A DNA stretch of 63,854 bases, counting the filler, from an uncultured Methanosarcinales archaeon (lineage in GTDB: Archaea > Nanobdellota > Nanobdellia > Woesearchaeales > CAYXTQ01), in the NCBI GenBank assembly GCA_964608065.1. It is 4 parts of 4 records of this genome, joined end to end, with 100 filler letters (N's around TTAATTAATTAA, not from the genome) between each part and the next. Parts side by side here need not be neighbours in the genome. Positions count along the whole stretch, not along the records: positions 16,633 to 32,792 come from CAZSMA010000027.1; positions 32,893 to 48,787 come from CAZSMA010000028.1; 2 more parts are not named here. The stretch is one strand, 5' to 3'. The position numbers were made by a program, and so were the translations under genes. The notes below the pieces were generated by a model. It worked only from the letters and a program-made list of their open reading frames with translations. It was not told the origin of the DNA and searched no databases. Every line of letters begins with the position of its first letter. Positions within the stretch are counted from its first letter, which is position 1. Below, piece after piece: positions 30,550 through 40,030 of this stretch.

Positions 30550-30972
30550 TTATCGTTTATTTACATACCAGCCAATAATAGAATACTTTTTTATTTTGCC
30601 ATATTTTCTTAAATCAAAAATCCATTTATGAAATATTTTATCAGTCAACAGATGAAAAAACAATCCTATGAATATCATAAAAAATATTTCAGAAAAAAAA
30701 GACAAAACAATCATTAAAACAAAAAATTCTATTGAGTGAAACAACAATTCAAAAACAGTTGGTTCTTCCCTATAACCTCTTTTCCTTGTTTCTTTAAACC
30801 TTTGATAACTTTTTTTTGGATTCAGACTTTTATACTTAAGTGCATAAAGCAGATAATGGTCAATATCAACCAAAACTCCTCCAACCAAAACAAAAACAAC
30901 ATTCCAGCTATAGAACTTGAACAACAACCCACTTAACAACAAACTTAGTATCAAATGATGTATAATTAACAT
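30550..30972 (-). CDS. Membrane-bound metal-dependent hydrolase-like protein
   Basis: DIDH, FHSIE, HLLTD motifs in TM segments. Confidence 0.65.
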   Translation of the reverse strand: MLIIHHLILSLLLSGLLFKFYSWNVVFVLVGGVLVDIDHYLLYALKYKSLNPKKSYQRFKETRKRGYREEPTVFELLFHSIEFFVLMIVLSFFSEIFFMIFIGLFFHLLTDKIFHKWIFDLRKYGKIKKYSIIGWYVNKR

Positions 30973-30973
30973 T

Positions 30974-32230
30974 TTACAATGAAATATAATCAAACCCTAA
31001 TTTCTCAGCCTCTTCTTTATCAAACATTCCTTTAATATCAAAAAGAGTTGGATTGTCCATCTTTTGTTTTAAATCTTCCAAAGAAATATTTTTGAAATCA
31101 TTGTGTTTGTTAACCACAACAACAGCATCTACTTTACCAACTTCATCAAATTTAACATTATCAACACCAAACTTATCCTTAACATCATCATCACTTAACA
31201 AAGGCTCACAACCAATAACTTCAATCCCATGTTCTTTCAGATGATTTATCAAATCCAAAGCTTTGCTATTCCTTACATCAGGAACATTCTCTTTAAAAGT
31301 CAGCCCCATAACTAAAACCTTTGAACCTTTCTTTAACTTATCAATTAATATCTTTCCAACATGCAAAGCCATATACTCATTAATCTCTCTTCCAGCTAAT
31401 ATCACTTTAGGAACATAACCCATCTCCTCAGCCTTATAGGTTAAATAATAAGGATCAACACCAATACAATGCCCACCTACAAAACCAGGATAAAACTTTT
31501 GAAAATTCCATTTGGTTCCAGCAGCTTCAATAACATCTTTTGTGTTTATTCCAATCTTCTCAAATATCAGACAAAGCTCATTAACTAAAGCAATATTCAA
31601 ATCTCTTTGTATATTCTCAATAACTTTAGCAGCTTCTGCTGTCTTAATATCCTTAGCTTTGAAAACCCCTGCTTTAACAATCTTAGAATAAACTTCTTCT
31701 ATTTTACCTAAACTTTCTTCATCACAACCACTAATAACTTTAACAATCTTATCAACAGTATGCTCTTTATCTCCAGGATTGATTCTTTCAGGACTATAAC
31801 CAACTTTAAAATCTTCCTTATATTTTAACCCAGAACTCTCTTCTAATATGGGAACACAAATTTCCTCAGTAACACCAGGATAAACAGTAGGCTCATAAAC
31901 AACTATGCTACTTTTACTTAAATTCTCACCAACTAATTTTGAAGCATTCTTCACAAAACTTAAATCAGGCTTTTTATCATTATCTATTGGAGTCGGTACT
32001 GCAATTATAACAAAATCACATTCTTTTATCTTACTAGAATCATCAGTAAAAACAACCTTGCATTGCTCTATCTCTTCTTTACTAATTTCATTAGTCCTAT
32101 CCACCTTATTTTTCAGCTCATCAATCCTTTTCTCATCTACATCAAAACCAATTACTTCAAAATGTTTAGAAAACTCAATAGCTAAAGGCAATCCCACATA
32201 TCCTAAACCAACAACACATATTCTTGTCAT
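30974..32230 (-). CDS. UDP-N-acetylhexosamine dehydrogenase (WbpO/TviB-like)
   Basis: GLGYVGLP, SPERINPGD, ENIQRDLNIA, GGHCIGVDPYY, FKENVPD.RNS. Confidence 0.9.
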   Translation of the reverse strand: MTRICVVGLGYVGLPLAIEFSKHFEVIGFDVDEKRIDELKNKVDRTNEISKEEIEQCKVVFTDDSSKIKECDFVIIAVPTPIDNDKKPDLSFVKNASKLVGENLSKSSIVVYEPTVYPGVTEEICVPILEESSGLKYKEDFKVGYSPERINPGDKEHTVDKIVKVISGCDEESLGKIEEVYSKIVKAGVFKAKDIKTAEAAKVIENIQRDLNIALVNELCLIFEKIGINTKDVIEAAGTKWNFQKFYPGFVGGHCIGVDPYYLTYKAEEMGYVPKVILAGREINEYMALHVGKILIDKLKKGSKVLVMGLTFKENVPDVRNSKALDLINHLKEHGIEVIGCEPLLSDDDVKDKFGVDNVKFDEVGKVDAVVVVNKHNDFKNISLEDLKQKMDNPTLFDIKGMFDKEEAEKLGFDYISL

Positions 32231-32790
32231 TTTTTACGCATATCAGCTAAGAAACCAAAGAAAATTATCTGAACCCCTATTAACATAAGCAGCATAGATA
32301 ATATCAAAGAAGGAATATGACCCACACTGCCAGTTTTCAAAAACAAAATAACAAGCCATAAACCAATCAAAAAACCAAAACAAAAAAATAACGCTCCAAA
32401 ACTTCCAAAAAACTTCAATGGCTCATAATCCCTGTAAATTCTCAATAAATTAACTCCAGCTCTGGAAGCAAAATCAAAAGGTCCTTTCATTAACCTGCTT
32501 TTATCATGCCTTTTTGCAAAATATATCGGAATCTCCTTTATCCTGAACTTCATCCTTGAAGCTCTTATAATCTGCTCCTGTGTATATGTGTAATTTGATG
32601 TAATCCTTATTTTCTCAGCAACCTTCTTAGTAAAAGCTCTGAATCCTGTCTGAGAATCTGTTATCTTTAATTTAGTAATACCTGATATAACTCTTGAAAA
32701 AGCCATGTTCCCCATCCTCTTCAAAAGAGGCATACTCTCTATCTTCCCTCTAAACCTTGATCCTAAAACCAAATCATAACCATTTTCAAT
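32227..32790 (-). CDS. GT2 polyprenol-phosphate glycosyltransferase-like, C-terminal part (truncated)
   Basis: DLVLGSRF, DSQTGFRA, two C-terminal TM helices. Confidence 0.85.
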   Translation of the reverse strand: MENGYDLVLGSRFRGKIESMPLLKRMGNMAFSRVISGITKLKITDSQTGFRAFTKKVAEKIRITSNYTYTQEQIIRASRMKFRIKEIPIYFAKRHDKSRLMKGPFDFASRAGVNLLRIYRDYEPLKFFGSFGALFFCFGFLIGLWLVILFLKTGSVGHIPSLILSMLLMLIGVQIIFFGFLADMRKK

Positions 32791-32792
32791 CT

Positions 32793-32892
32793 NNNNNNNN
32801 NNNNNNNNNNNNNNNNNNNNNNNNNNNNNNNNNNNNTTAATTAATTAANNNNNNNNNNNNNNNNNNNNNNNNNNNNNNNNNNNNNNNNNNNN
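32793..32892. other. Artificial contig linker
   Basis: N-TTAATTAATTAA-N. Confidence 0.98.
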
Positions 32893-33074
32893 AAAGCAAA
32901 ATGTTTTGCTAAAGATAAATAATCTGCTTCATCCCACCATACTGCTGTATTAATGGTCATATATTTAAATCGTAAAATAAAAGCAAAGGCCATAACTAAT
33001 AATAAAATAATATTAAAATATTTATTGAAAAAATTCCCGAGAATATCTTTGGAGTTATTTTCTTCACTAGCCAT
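32893..33074 (-). CDS. GT-C (PMT/ArnT-like) membrane glycosyltransferase, N-terminus only
   Basis: TM helix ending ILRF, followed by WWDEADY. Confidence 0.7.
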
Positions 33075-33118
33075 AACAGTTTACAAACTTCAATAGTTTT
33101 AAATATCTTTTGCTTATA

Positions 33119-34009
33119 TTATTTCTTAGTTGACTCAGAACGCTCCCAACCATCATTGTACTCTTTTCTTTTAAATTTTAAATCATAGAATAGTGAGAGC
33201 CACATGTATAGCCTTACAAAGATCAATTCTATTGTCCATAAATATTCTTTCATAGTTTTAGGATAACTCCATATCCATAGTATCCCTTTCAAAGCTTCAT
33301 TCTTAAAAGATTTAACTTTAGGAAAATCAGGAGCATATTTAGTTAATTTGGTGTGAGCATCTGCTGTTCTTTTTCTTTGCTTTAACCAATCTTTCATATT
33401 AGTTGGATTTTTAACAAAAACCCTTGCTTGAGGCACATAAGCTATTTTGTAGCCTTTCTTCCAGAAGTAATAAGGGATTATAGAATCTTCAGCAACATCT
33501 AAAGGTATTTCTTTTATTGTTCTATTATTTCTAAAACCGAAAAGATAGCCGCTACACTCCAAGAACTTGTTTTGTTTGTCAAGCTCTTTTCTTATTTTAT
33601 GTGCACCAACATCTGCTAAAAGTTTACCCCAATAACCATACAAAGTATACCTTGGATTTTCACAAATAACTCTACCACAAATACAACCTACTTTTTCATT
33701 TTTGAAAGCATCTATAATTTCATCAATAGAACCATTGTCTAAGAAAACATCACCATCTGTAAATATCCAAATTCTTCCCTTTAATTCTTTGAATAATAAA
33801 TTTAAAGCATAACTTTTACCTTTGCCAGGATCATGGAAGTATCTTACTTGAGAATATTTTTTTTGATAATGCTCAACGACATCTTTTGTTTTTTCATCAG
33901 GAGCAGCTACAATTAATTCATAATCTTCTTTAATTTTTTGGAATAAAATAGCTTCAATAGCTTTGTAAACCATTGGTTCTTTAAATGCTGTTATTACAAT
34001 TGATATCAT
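33119..34009 (-). CDS. Glycosyltransferase family 2
   Basis: ISIVITAFKE, GKSYALN, TDGD, AED, QRKR. Confidence 0.88.
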   Translation of the reverse strand: MISIVITAFKEPMVYKAIEAILFQKIKEDYELIVAAPDEKTKDVVEHYQKKYSQVRYFHDPGKGKSYALNLLFKELKGRIWIFTDGDVFLDNGSIDEIIDAFKNEKVGCICGRVICENPRYTLYGYWGKLLADVGAHKIRKELDKQNKFLECSGYLFGFRNNRTIKEIPLDVAEDSIIPYYFWKKGYKIAYVPQARVFVKNPTNMKDWLKQRKRTADAHTKLTKYAPDFPKVKSFKNEALKGILWIWSYPKTMKEYLWTIELIFVRLYMWLSLFYDLKFKRKEYNDGWERSESTKK

Positions 34010-35031
34010 CTTAAATCTCCTTTTAACATAATTCCTAGCTCATGTTGTCTTTGAAATCTAAATCTCATTTCCAAAGCTCCTGCATTTGATAAAACTTCTT
34101 TTACTTTATTTATTTTATCATTTGGAACATAAAACAATACACAACCACCACCACCAGCACCAGAAATTTTACAACCTAATGCTCCTGTATCTAAAGCTTG
34201 TTGCATTAAATCTTTAGCAAAAGAACAACCTTTTTCGCCAGTCATTTTATTTTTAATCTCTCCTTCTTTTTGTAATAATCTTCCAAAATCATCTAAACGT
34301 CCTTCTTGTAAAGCTTTTTTAATATTCATTGCATTCACTCTTTTTTCAATTAATAACTTTTTTATTAATTCAGGATTTTTTTCTGCTTCTTTTTTTTGGC
34401 AGTTGTGAACTTCGCTCCCAGAAACTTCCCTATTTTGTAAAAAATAAATTAAAATATTATTCTCAAGTTTCTTTATCGTTTCTTCAGGCAGATTTAAATT
34501 TTCAACTCCTACTTTTCCTTCCTTAAATTCCATATAATTAAATCCACCACCATATGCAGCTGCAAACTGATCTTGATAACCGCCAGGAACATTCAAACAA
34601 TTTCTTTCTAAATCATAAGACATTTCAGCTATTTTATGGGGTGTAAATTTTTGTTCTTTAAATTTTAACATTGAAGCAAACATTGCTACATTTAATGAAG
34701 ATGAACCACCTAATCCAGATTGCATAGGTACATTAGTTCTCAATATAAAAGAATTATCAAAAGGTAAATTCAAATAATTTAATGTAGCTTTCAATAAGTC
34801 TAATTCAGAAACATTTGATTCGAGAAAATGAGTTCTGTTTAAGTTTGAAGGATTAAAATAATCAACAATATCTATTTTAGCTTCTCCTTCATCATTTATT
34901 TCAAACTCATAGAAATGTGAAGATAACGTTACACTAATAATACAACCCCAGCCAATCTGTTCAACATAGTAATCAGTATCTCCACCATTTGCTAAGTTTA
35001 CTCTAACTGGACTTCTGCATATAATTCTCAT
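34006..35031 (-). CDS. hddA: GHMP sugar kinase, D-glycero-alpha-D-manno-heptose-7-phosphate kinase-like
   Basis: PMQSGLGGSS, GYQDQFAAAYGG, KISGAGGGG; clustered with gmhA, gmhB and an NTP transferase. Confidence 0.8.
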   Translation of the reverse strand: MRIICRSPVRVNLANGGDTDYYVEQIGWGCIISVTLSSHFYEFEINDEGEAKIDIVDYFNPSNLNRTHFLESNVSELDLLKATLNYLNLPFDNSFILRTNVPMQSGLGGSSSLNVAMFASMLKFKEQKFTPHKIAEMSYDLERNCLNVPGGYQDQFAAAYGGGFNYMEFKEGKVGVENLNLPEETIKKLENNILIYFLQNREVSGSEVHNCQKKEAEKNPELIKKLLIEKRVNAMNIKKALQEGRLDDFGRLLQKEGEIKNKMTGEKGCSFAKDLMQQALDTGALGCKISGAGGGGCVLFYVPNDKINKVKEVLSNAGALEMRFRFQRQHELGIMLKGDLR

Positions 35032-35118
35032 AATATTTCCTTATTTAACTGATTTGAAGACTTTTAAGCCCTTTAAAAAACTTATTAATTTAAAATCAAA
35101 ATTTAAAGTTTACCAAGT

Positions 35119-35829
35119 TCACCAACCATCTTTTTTAATTTTTTTATCTAATTCTTGGATTCTATCAAAAGTACCCATATCTTTCAAGAATTCATCTGTA
35201 TTATAAGCATAAACAGATTCATTAACTTCTAATAACTTAGGAACTAACTCTTTCTCTAAAGAAAATTTACCTTCAGGAATATAATCTATCACTTTAGGAC
35301 TAAATACATGTAATCCTGCATTACCTACATCTGTAGGGGGCACTCCAGGATGAGGTTTTCTCCAAAATTGAATTACTTTACCTGTTTCATTAGATCCCAC
35401 CAAATCACTATCTTTGGGATGAGAAGACTTATGAACAACTAGAGTACAGGTAGCATTATTTTTCTTATGAAAATCCATTAATTTAATACCATCTATTTTA
35501 CAAAGAATATCTCCATGTAAAAGAATAAAATCATCATCACCAATTAATTCTTTAGCTAATCTAATACAACCAGCAGTACCTAATTTTTCTTTTTCAACAG
35601 AATATTTTATATTAACTCCAAATTTAGATCCATCACCAAAATAATTTTCAATATGTTCAGCAAGATAACCAGAACAAATTATAATCTCATTAATCCCATT
35701 TTTTTTAGCCCATTCAATAGCATACTCTAATATAGGCTTATCTGCTATTTTTAACATAGGCTTAGGAATATCATAAGTTAAAGGTTGCAATCTTACGCCC
35801 TGTCCACCTACTGTCAATACTAATTTCAT
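35119..35829 (-). CDS. hddC: Heptose-1-phosphate guanylyltransferase-like nucleotidyltransferase
   Basis: GG.G.RL.PLT..IPKPM, LGTAG, HP.DSDLV, KDMGT..R. Confidence 0.7.
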   Translation of the reverse strand: MKLVLTVGGQGVRLQPLTYDIPKPMLKIADKPILEYAIEWAKKNGINEIIICSGYLAEHIENYFGDGSKFGVNIKYSVEKEKLGTAGCIRLAKELIGDDDFILLHGDILCKIDGIKLMDFHKKNNATCTLVVHKSSHPKDSDLVGSNETGKVIQFWRKPHPGVPPTDVGNAGLHVFSPKVIDYIPEGKFSLEKELVPKLLEVNESVYAYNTDEFLKDMGTFDRIQELDKKIKKDGW

Positions 35830-35854
35830 TATATTTTAAATCTCTTTAGTTTAT

Positions 35855-36985
35855 TTAAATATACTTCCCTTGACTTAATTCTTGCAGGAATTCTTTTGTT
35901 ATTTTAAATTCAGAAGCATCAACATAATTTCTTTGTATTAGTTTTTTATTTGCTGCCAATGCTCTTGCAATATGAAAATCTCTTCCTTCTAAATTATCTC
36001 TTAATCTGTTTTGATACATTTCTACATCAACACTAACTTCTATTTTTGTTTTATTATCTTTAATATGTTGGATTCTTGAAGCTAAACCAGAACAATTTTT
36101 TAAGAAACTTGTCATTTGAAAGATTTTATCAAATAATTCTAAAGAAACTTTATCTTTTTGATCTAATTCCCATCTTTTAGTTATTAGATAATCTCTTTGT
36201 TCTTCTGTTAAATTATCTAATCCACATTTAGGAGTTTCAATTAAAGCCACTAAATCAAATTGAACAGGCCTATAACTTGTACTTCCTAAATCAATAGGGA
36301 CTGGCTTATTAGTAATTGTAGATTTTATCCAATTTAAAGGAATTGCATCTCTATAAAAAGATCTAAACTTTTCATCCACTAATAAAGGAGATGCATCATT
36401 TTTCAAATTTCCTTCAAGGATTTGAATTTTTACTTCTGCTTTTTCATCAAGAGTTGCTCTTAAAATCTTAAGAGTTCTACCTACTAAAAAATTACATTCA
36501 CCTTCATCAAACTCACCAAAAAATGCAGAAATATTTTCTTTGTCAGCTAAAAAAGATTTATATCCCTTATCACTTACTCTTGCAGAAATATCCATTAATT
36601 CTTCTAAAACTGGAGCTTGACTATCAAAGCTCAAATCTCTTCTTAAAATTTTATCATAAGTTTCTCCTAATACTTCCTGAACTGTCAAAACATGAACATC
36701 ATCTTCTAATTCTGCATAAATTGCATCCGGAGCATTTTGAATTTCAAAATCATGTTTAAAAAGCCTATACCAATTAGTTTCAGTTTTCATTTCCCTAGCA
36801 CCATGGTCTTTATCATTAGGCTTTCCAATTTTAACATAAAAATTACTTTTATCAGAACTAACTTTAAAGACTTGATGCATAGTTTGTTCTTGAACTAATT
36901 CTGAGTTATTTACTGGACCCATAAAATTAAGAGTTAAATCATTAGCATTTAATTTTCCTATAATTGTTTCATTTGTTTGTTCCAT
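35855..36985 (-). CDS. APH/choline-kinase-like phosphotransferase
   Basis: FYVK (beta-3 Lys), YRDAIPLN (HxDxxxxN-like), IDLG (DFG-like), FDL. Confidence 0.6.
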   Translation of the reverse strand: MEQTNETIIGKLNANDLTLNFMGPVNNSELVQEQTMHQVFKVSSDKSNFYVKIGKPNDKDHGAREMKTETNWYRLFKHDFEIQNAPDAIYAELEDDVHVLTVQEVLGETYDKILRRDLSFDSQAPVLEELMDISARVSDKGYKSFLADKENISAFFGEFDEGECNFLVGRTLKILRATLDEKAEVKIQILEGNLKNDASPLLVDEKFRSFYRDAIPLNWIKSTITNKPVPIDLGSTSYRPVQFDLVALIETPKCGLDNLTEEQRDYLITKRWELDQKDKVSLELFDKIFQMTSFLKNCSGLASRIQHIKDNKTKIEVSVDVEMYQNRLRDNLEGRDFHIARALAANKKLIQRNYVDASEFKITKEFLQELSQGKYI

Positions 36986-36987
36986 TT

Positions 36988-37830
36988 TTATTTTCCTCCA
37001 AATAATAGTTCTTCTGAAATCATTTCTGTTGTGATTTTAGGATTTCCTCCTAAACAAGTTACATTTTGACCATTAAAATCACTTCCACCGGAAATAATTT
37101 TTAATTCAAAGTTTTGTAATAAATTAAAAGCTTTTTGCTTCTTATTTTCATCAAAAGATTGATTATTATAATGTATTTCAATACCATCTAAACCAGATTC
37201 TATCAATTTAGGCATTAAATTATTAATTTCTACTTCCTTTATTTCAATTTGATGAGGATGTGCTAATATTACTATTGCTCCAGCTTCTTTAGCTTTTTTT
37301 ACAAGGTATTCTGGAGAATATTTTACTCCCACATAACAATTTCCATTTTTTGAATTAGGAGAAAAGAATAAATCTTTAGCTTCTCCCCAATCTTTAGCAT
37401 AACCTTTCATTACAAGAGCTTGACAAAACTGTTTAGTACTTGGACTAATTGTATTTTGCAAATTGCAAATTTCTTCTAATGAAATATCAAGATTATAATT
37501 CTCTCTCAATTTTTGTGCCATACCTTCAATTTTACCAGAATCTGCCCATTCTCTTGATTCTTTTAAAGCTCTTAAAAAATTTTCATTATTTTCATCAAAA
37601 TTATACGCTAAAATATGTAATCTAGAATTAGATTGCATTTCTACACCTTTAATTAATTTAATTCCAAATTCTTCACCTAACTCAAATGCTTCTTGTAAAC
37701 CATCTATACAATATGAATCAGTAATAGCCAAATAACTAAGATCTTTAGCTTTAGCTAATTCAAATATCTTTCTTAAAGGCCATTTACCATTTGGTGCATA
37801 TTCCGAATGTACATGTAAATCTATATTCAT
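36988..37830 (-). CDS. PHP-domain phosphoesterase with atypical metal ligands
   Basis: DLHVHS, AITD, GVE, HILAY, LAHP, DGIE, GGSDF. Confidence 0.85.
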   Translation of the reverse strand: MNIDLHVHSEYAPNGKWPLRKIFELAKAKDLSYLAITDSYCIDGLQEAFELGEEFGIKLIKGVEMQSNSRLHILAYNFDENNENFLRALKESREWADSGKIEGMAQKLRENYNLDISLEEICNLQNTISPSTKQFCQALVMKGYAKDWGEAKDLFFSPNSKNGNCYVGVKYSPEYLVKKAKEAGAIVILAHPHQIEIKEVEINNLMPKLIESGLDGIEIHYNNQSFDENKKQKAFNLLQNFELKIISGGSDFNGQNVTCLGGNPKITTEMISEELLFGGK

Positions 37831-37959
37831 TATAACTCAACCCCTTTTTTTCGCTTTATAAAGATTATGAAAAGAACATAGCTATTTCCACAAGCAAATG
37901 CCCTATTAAATAACGACTAATCCATAAAGCTTTTAAAATGAATTTTAAGCAAGATATCT

Positions 37960-38517
37960 ATGAATAAATCTGTTTTTCTGGACAGAGATGGGGTTATTAT
38001 AGAAGAAACTAAATTCATTATTTCTACAGATAAAGTACAATTAATTGACAAAGCAGCTGAAGCTATAAAAGAATTAAACAAACATTTCAAAGTCTTTATA
38101 GTAACAAATCAACCTGCAGTAGGTAAAGGAATGTGTTCTGAAAAAGAAGCTATTAATCTTAATAACTATATTATTTCACAATTAGAAGAAAAAGGTGCTA
38201 AAATAGATAAAACTTTCATGTGTTTTCATCACCCAGTTCATGGATTAGGCAAATACAAAGTGGAATGTGAATGTAGAAAACCTAAACCAGGAATGATTTT
38301 AGAAGCTGCTAAAGAATTTGATATTGATTTAGAAAACAGTTGGATGATTGGAGATAAAATAGGAGACATAAAATCAGGAGTTTTAGCAGGAACAAAAACA
38401 ATATTAGTCAAAACAGGTTATGGTGGTAAAGATGGGTTTAACGATGCAATACCTAACTATGTTTCAGAAGATTTATATGCTGCTAGTAAATTAATACTTA
38501 ATGAGGTTACAAAATGA
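37960..38517 (+). CDS. gmhB: D-glycero-D-manno-heptose 1,7-bisphosphate phosphatase (HAD-IIIA)
   Basis: FLDRDGVI, VTNQ, C.HHP...CECRKPKPGM, IGD...D. Confidence 0.9.
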   Translation: MNKSVFLDRDGVIIEETKFIISTDKVQLIDKAAEAIKELNKHFKVFIVTNQPAVGKGMCSEKEAINLNNYIISQLEEKGAKIDKTFMCFHHPVHGLGKYKVECECRKPKPGMILEAAKEFDIDLENSWMIGDKIGDIKSGVLAGTKTILVKTGYGGKDGFNDAIPNYVSEDLYAASKLILNEVTK

Positions 38518-39458
38518 AAGCATTCTTAACAGGCGCAGGCGGCTTCATGGGGCCACATTTAGGACGTTTCCTAAAAGAACAAGGATTTGAATTAATGTTA
38601 ACTTATTTTGAACCTATTTCTGACTTAGAAGAATTAAGAACATTAGGTGAAACTATTGAATTAGATGTAAGAGATAAAGAAAAATTCAAAGAACTATTAG
38701 CTAGATTTAAACCAGACAGAGTTTACCATTTAGCAGCACAAAGTTATCCAACAGTTTCATGGGAAAGACCAAATTATACTATTCAAGCTAATGTAGAAGG
38801 AACAATTAACTTATTTGAATGCCTTAAAGCATTAGAACAAAATCCAATAGTTATGGTTGCTGGTTCATCAGCAGAATACGGTTTTGTTACAGAAGATGAA
38901 GTTCCAATTAAAGAATCACATTCACTAAAACCATTACATCCTTATGGTGTAAGCAAAGTTGCACAAGAGATGTTAACTTATCAATATTTCAAAAATTTTG
39001 GATTAAAAGGTTTTACAATGAGAATTTTTAATACTACAGGTCCTGGAAAAGTAAATGATGTTTGTGCAGACTTCACAAAACAAGCTGTAATGATTGAAAA
39101 AGGTTTACAAGAACCTATTTTTAGAGTCGGCAACTTAAACACACGTAGAGCAATCACAGATGTTAGAGACGAAGTTAGGTCTTTTTACTTAGCAACAGAA
39201 AAATGTGAATCTGGAGAAGCTTACAACGTCTCTGGAGAAAATGTTTACCAAATGCAAGAACTTTTAGATAAAATATTAGAGATTACAGGAATTAAAGTTG
39301 AAATCAAAGTAGACCCTAAATTATTAAGACCTACTGATGAACCAATTATTTACGGAGACTCAAGTAAATTAAAAGAAAAAACTGATTGGCAACAAGAGAT
39401 TCCAATTGAACAAACTCTAAAAGACATGATTGAATTTTGGAGAAAGAAACTAAAATGA
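38514..39458 (+). CDS. GMD/RMD-family SDR, likely a GDP-sugar 4-reductase
   Basis: GAGGFMG, HLAAQS, GSSAEYG, PYGVSK, VGNL...R...DVRD, LRP.D. Confidence 0.75.
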   Translation: MKAFLTGAGGFMGPHLGRFLKEQGFELMLTYFEPISDLEELRTLGETIELDVRDKEKFKELLARFKPDRVYHLAAQSYPTVSWERPNYTIQANVEGTINLFECLKALEQNPIVMVAGSSAEYGFVTEDEVPIKESHSLKPLHPYGVSKVAQEMLTYQYFKNFGLKGFTMRIFNTTGPGKVNDVCADFTKQAVMIEKGLQEPIFRVGNLNTRRAITDVRDEVRSFYLATEKCESGEAYNVSGENVYQMQELLDKILEITGIKVEIKVDPKLLRPTDEPIIYGDSSKLKEKTDWQQEIPIEQTLKDMIEFWRKKLK

Positions 39459-40030
39459 AAGAACATATTGAACAAAGTGTTAATGAAGCAATTCAAACTC
39501 AAAATCAATTAATTCATCTTAAAGAGGATATAGAAAAAATAAGTTCTATTGTAGTTAATTCTTTAAAACAAGGTGGGAAAGTTGTCTTTTGTGGAAATGG
39601 AGGTTCAGCTGCGGATTCTCAACATTTAGCTGCAGAATTTATCTCTTTGCTTGATAGTAAAAATCCTAGACCTAGTTTACCTGCTTTAGCCTTAACAACA
39701 AATACTTCTATTAAAACTGCAATTGCAAATGATATGGGGTTCGAACATGTTTTTTCAAGACAAGTAGAAGGATTAGTTAATGATAAAGATGTTGTAATTG
39801 GCATCAGCACATCAGGTAATTCTCAAAATGTAATTAATGCTCTTAAAACTGCAAAAGAAAAAGGAGCTAAAGTAATTGGCTTTACAGGAGCTACTGGTGG
39901 CAAAATGTTAGAATTAGCATTAGATGCTATTTTGAAAGCACCTTCTGATAACTGTAACAGAATTCAAGAAATACATATCACTGCAGGGCATATAATGTGT
40001 GGTGCTGTAGAAAAAGAAATGTTTAATTAA
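39455..40030 (+). CDS. gmhA: Phosphoheptose (sedoheptulose-7-phosphate) isomerase
   Basis: CGNGGSAADSQHLAAE, TAIAND, FSRQV, ISTSGNS, IQE.H...GH. Confidence 0.93.
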   Translation: MKEHIEQSVNEAIQTQNQLIHLKEDIEKISSIVVNSLKQGGKVVFCGNGGSAADSQHLAAEFISLLDSKNPRPSLPALALTTNTSIKTAIANDMGFEHVFSRQVEGLVNDKDVVIGISTSGNSQNVINALKTAKEKGAKVIGFTGATGGKMLELALDAILKAPSDNCNRIQEIHITAGHIMCGAVEKEMFN

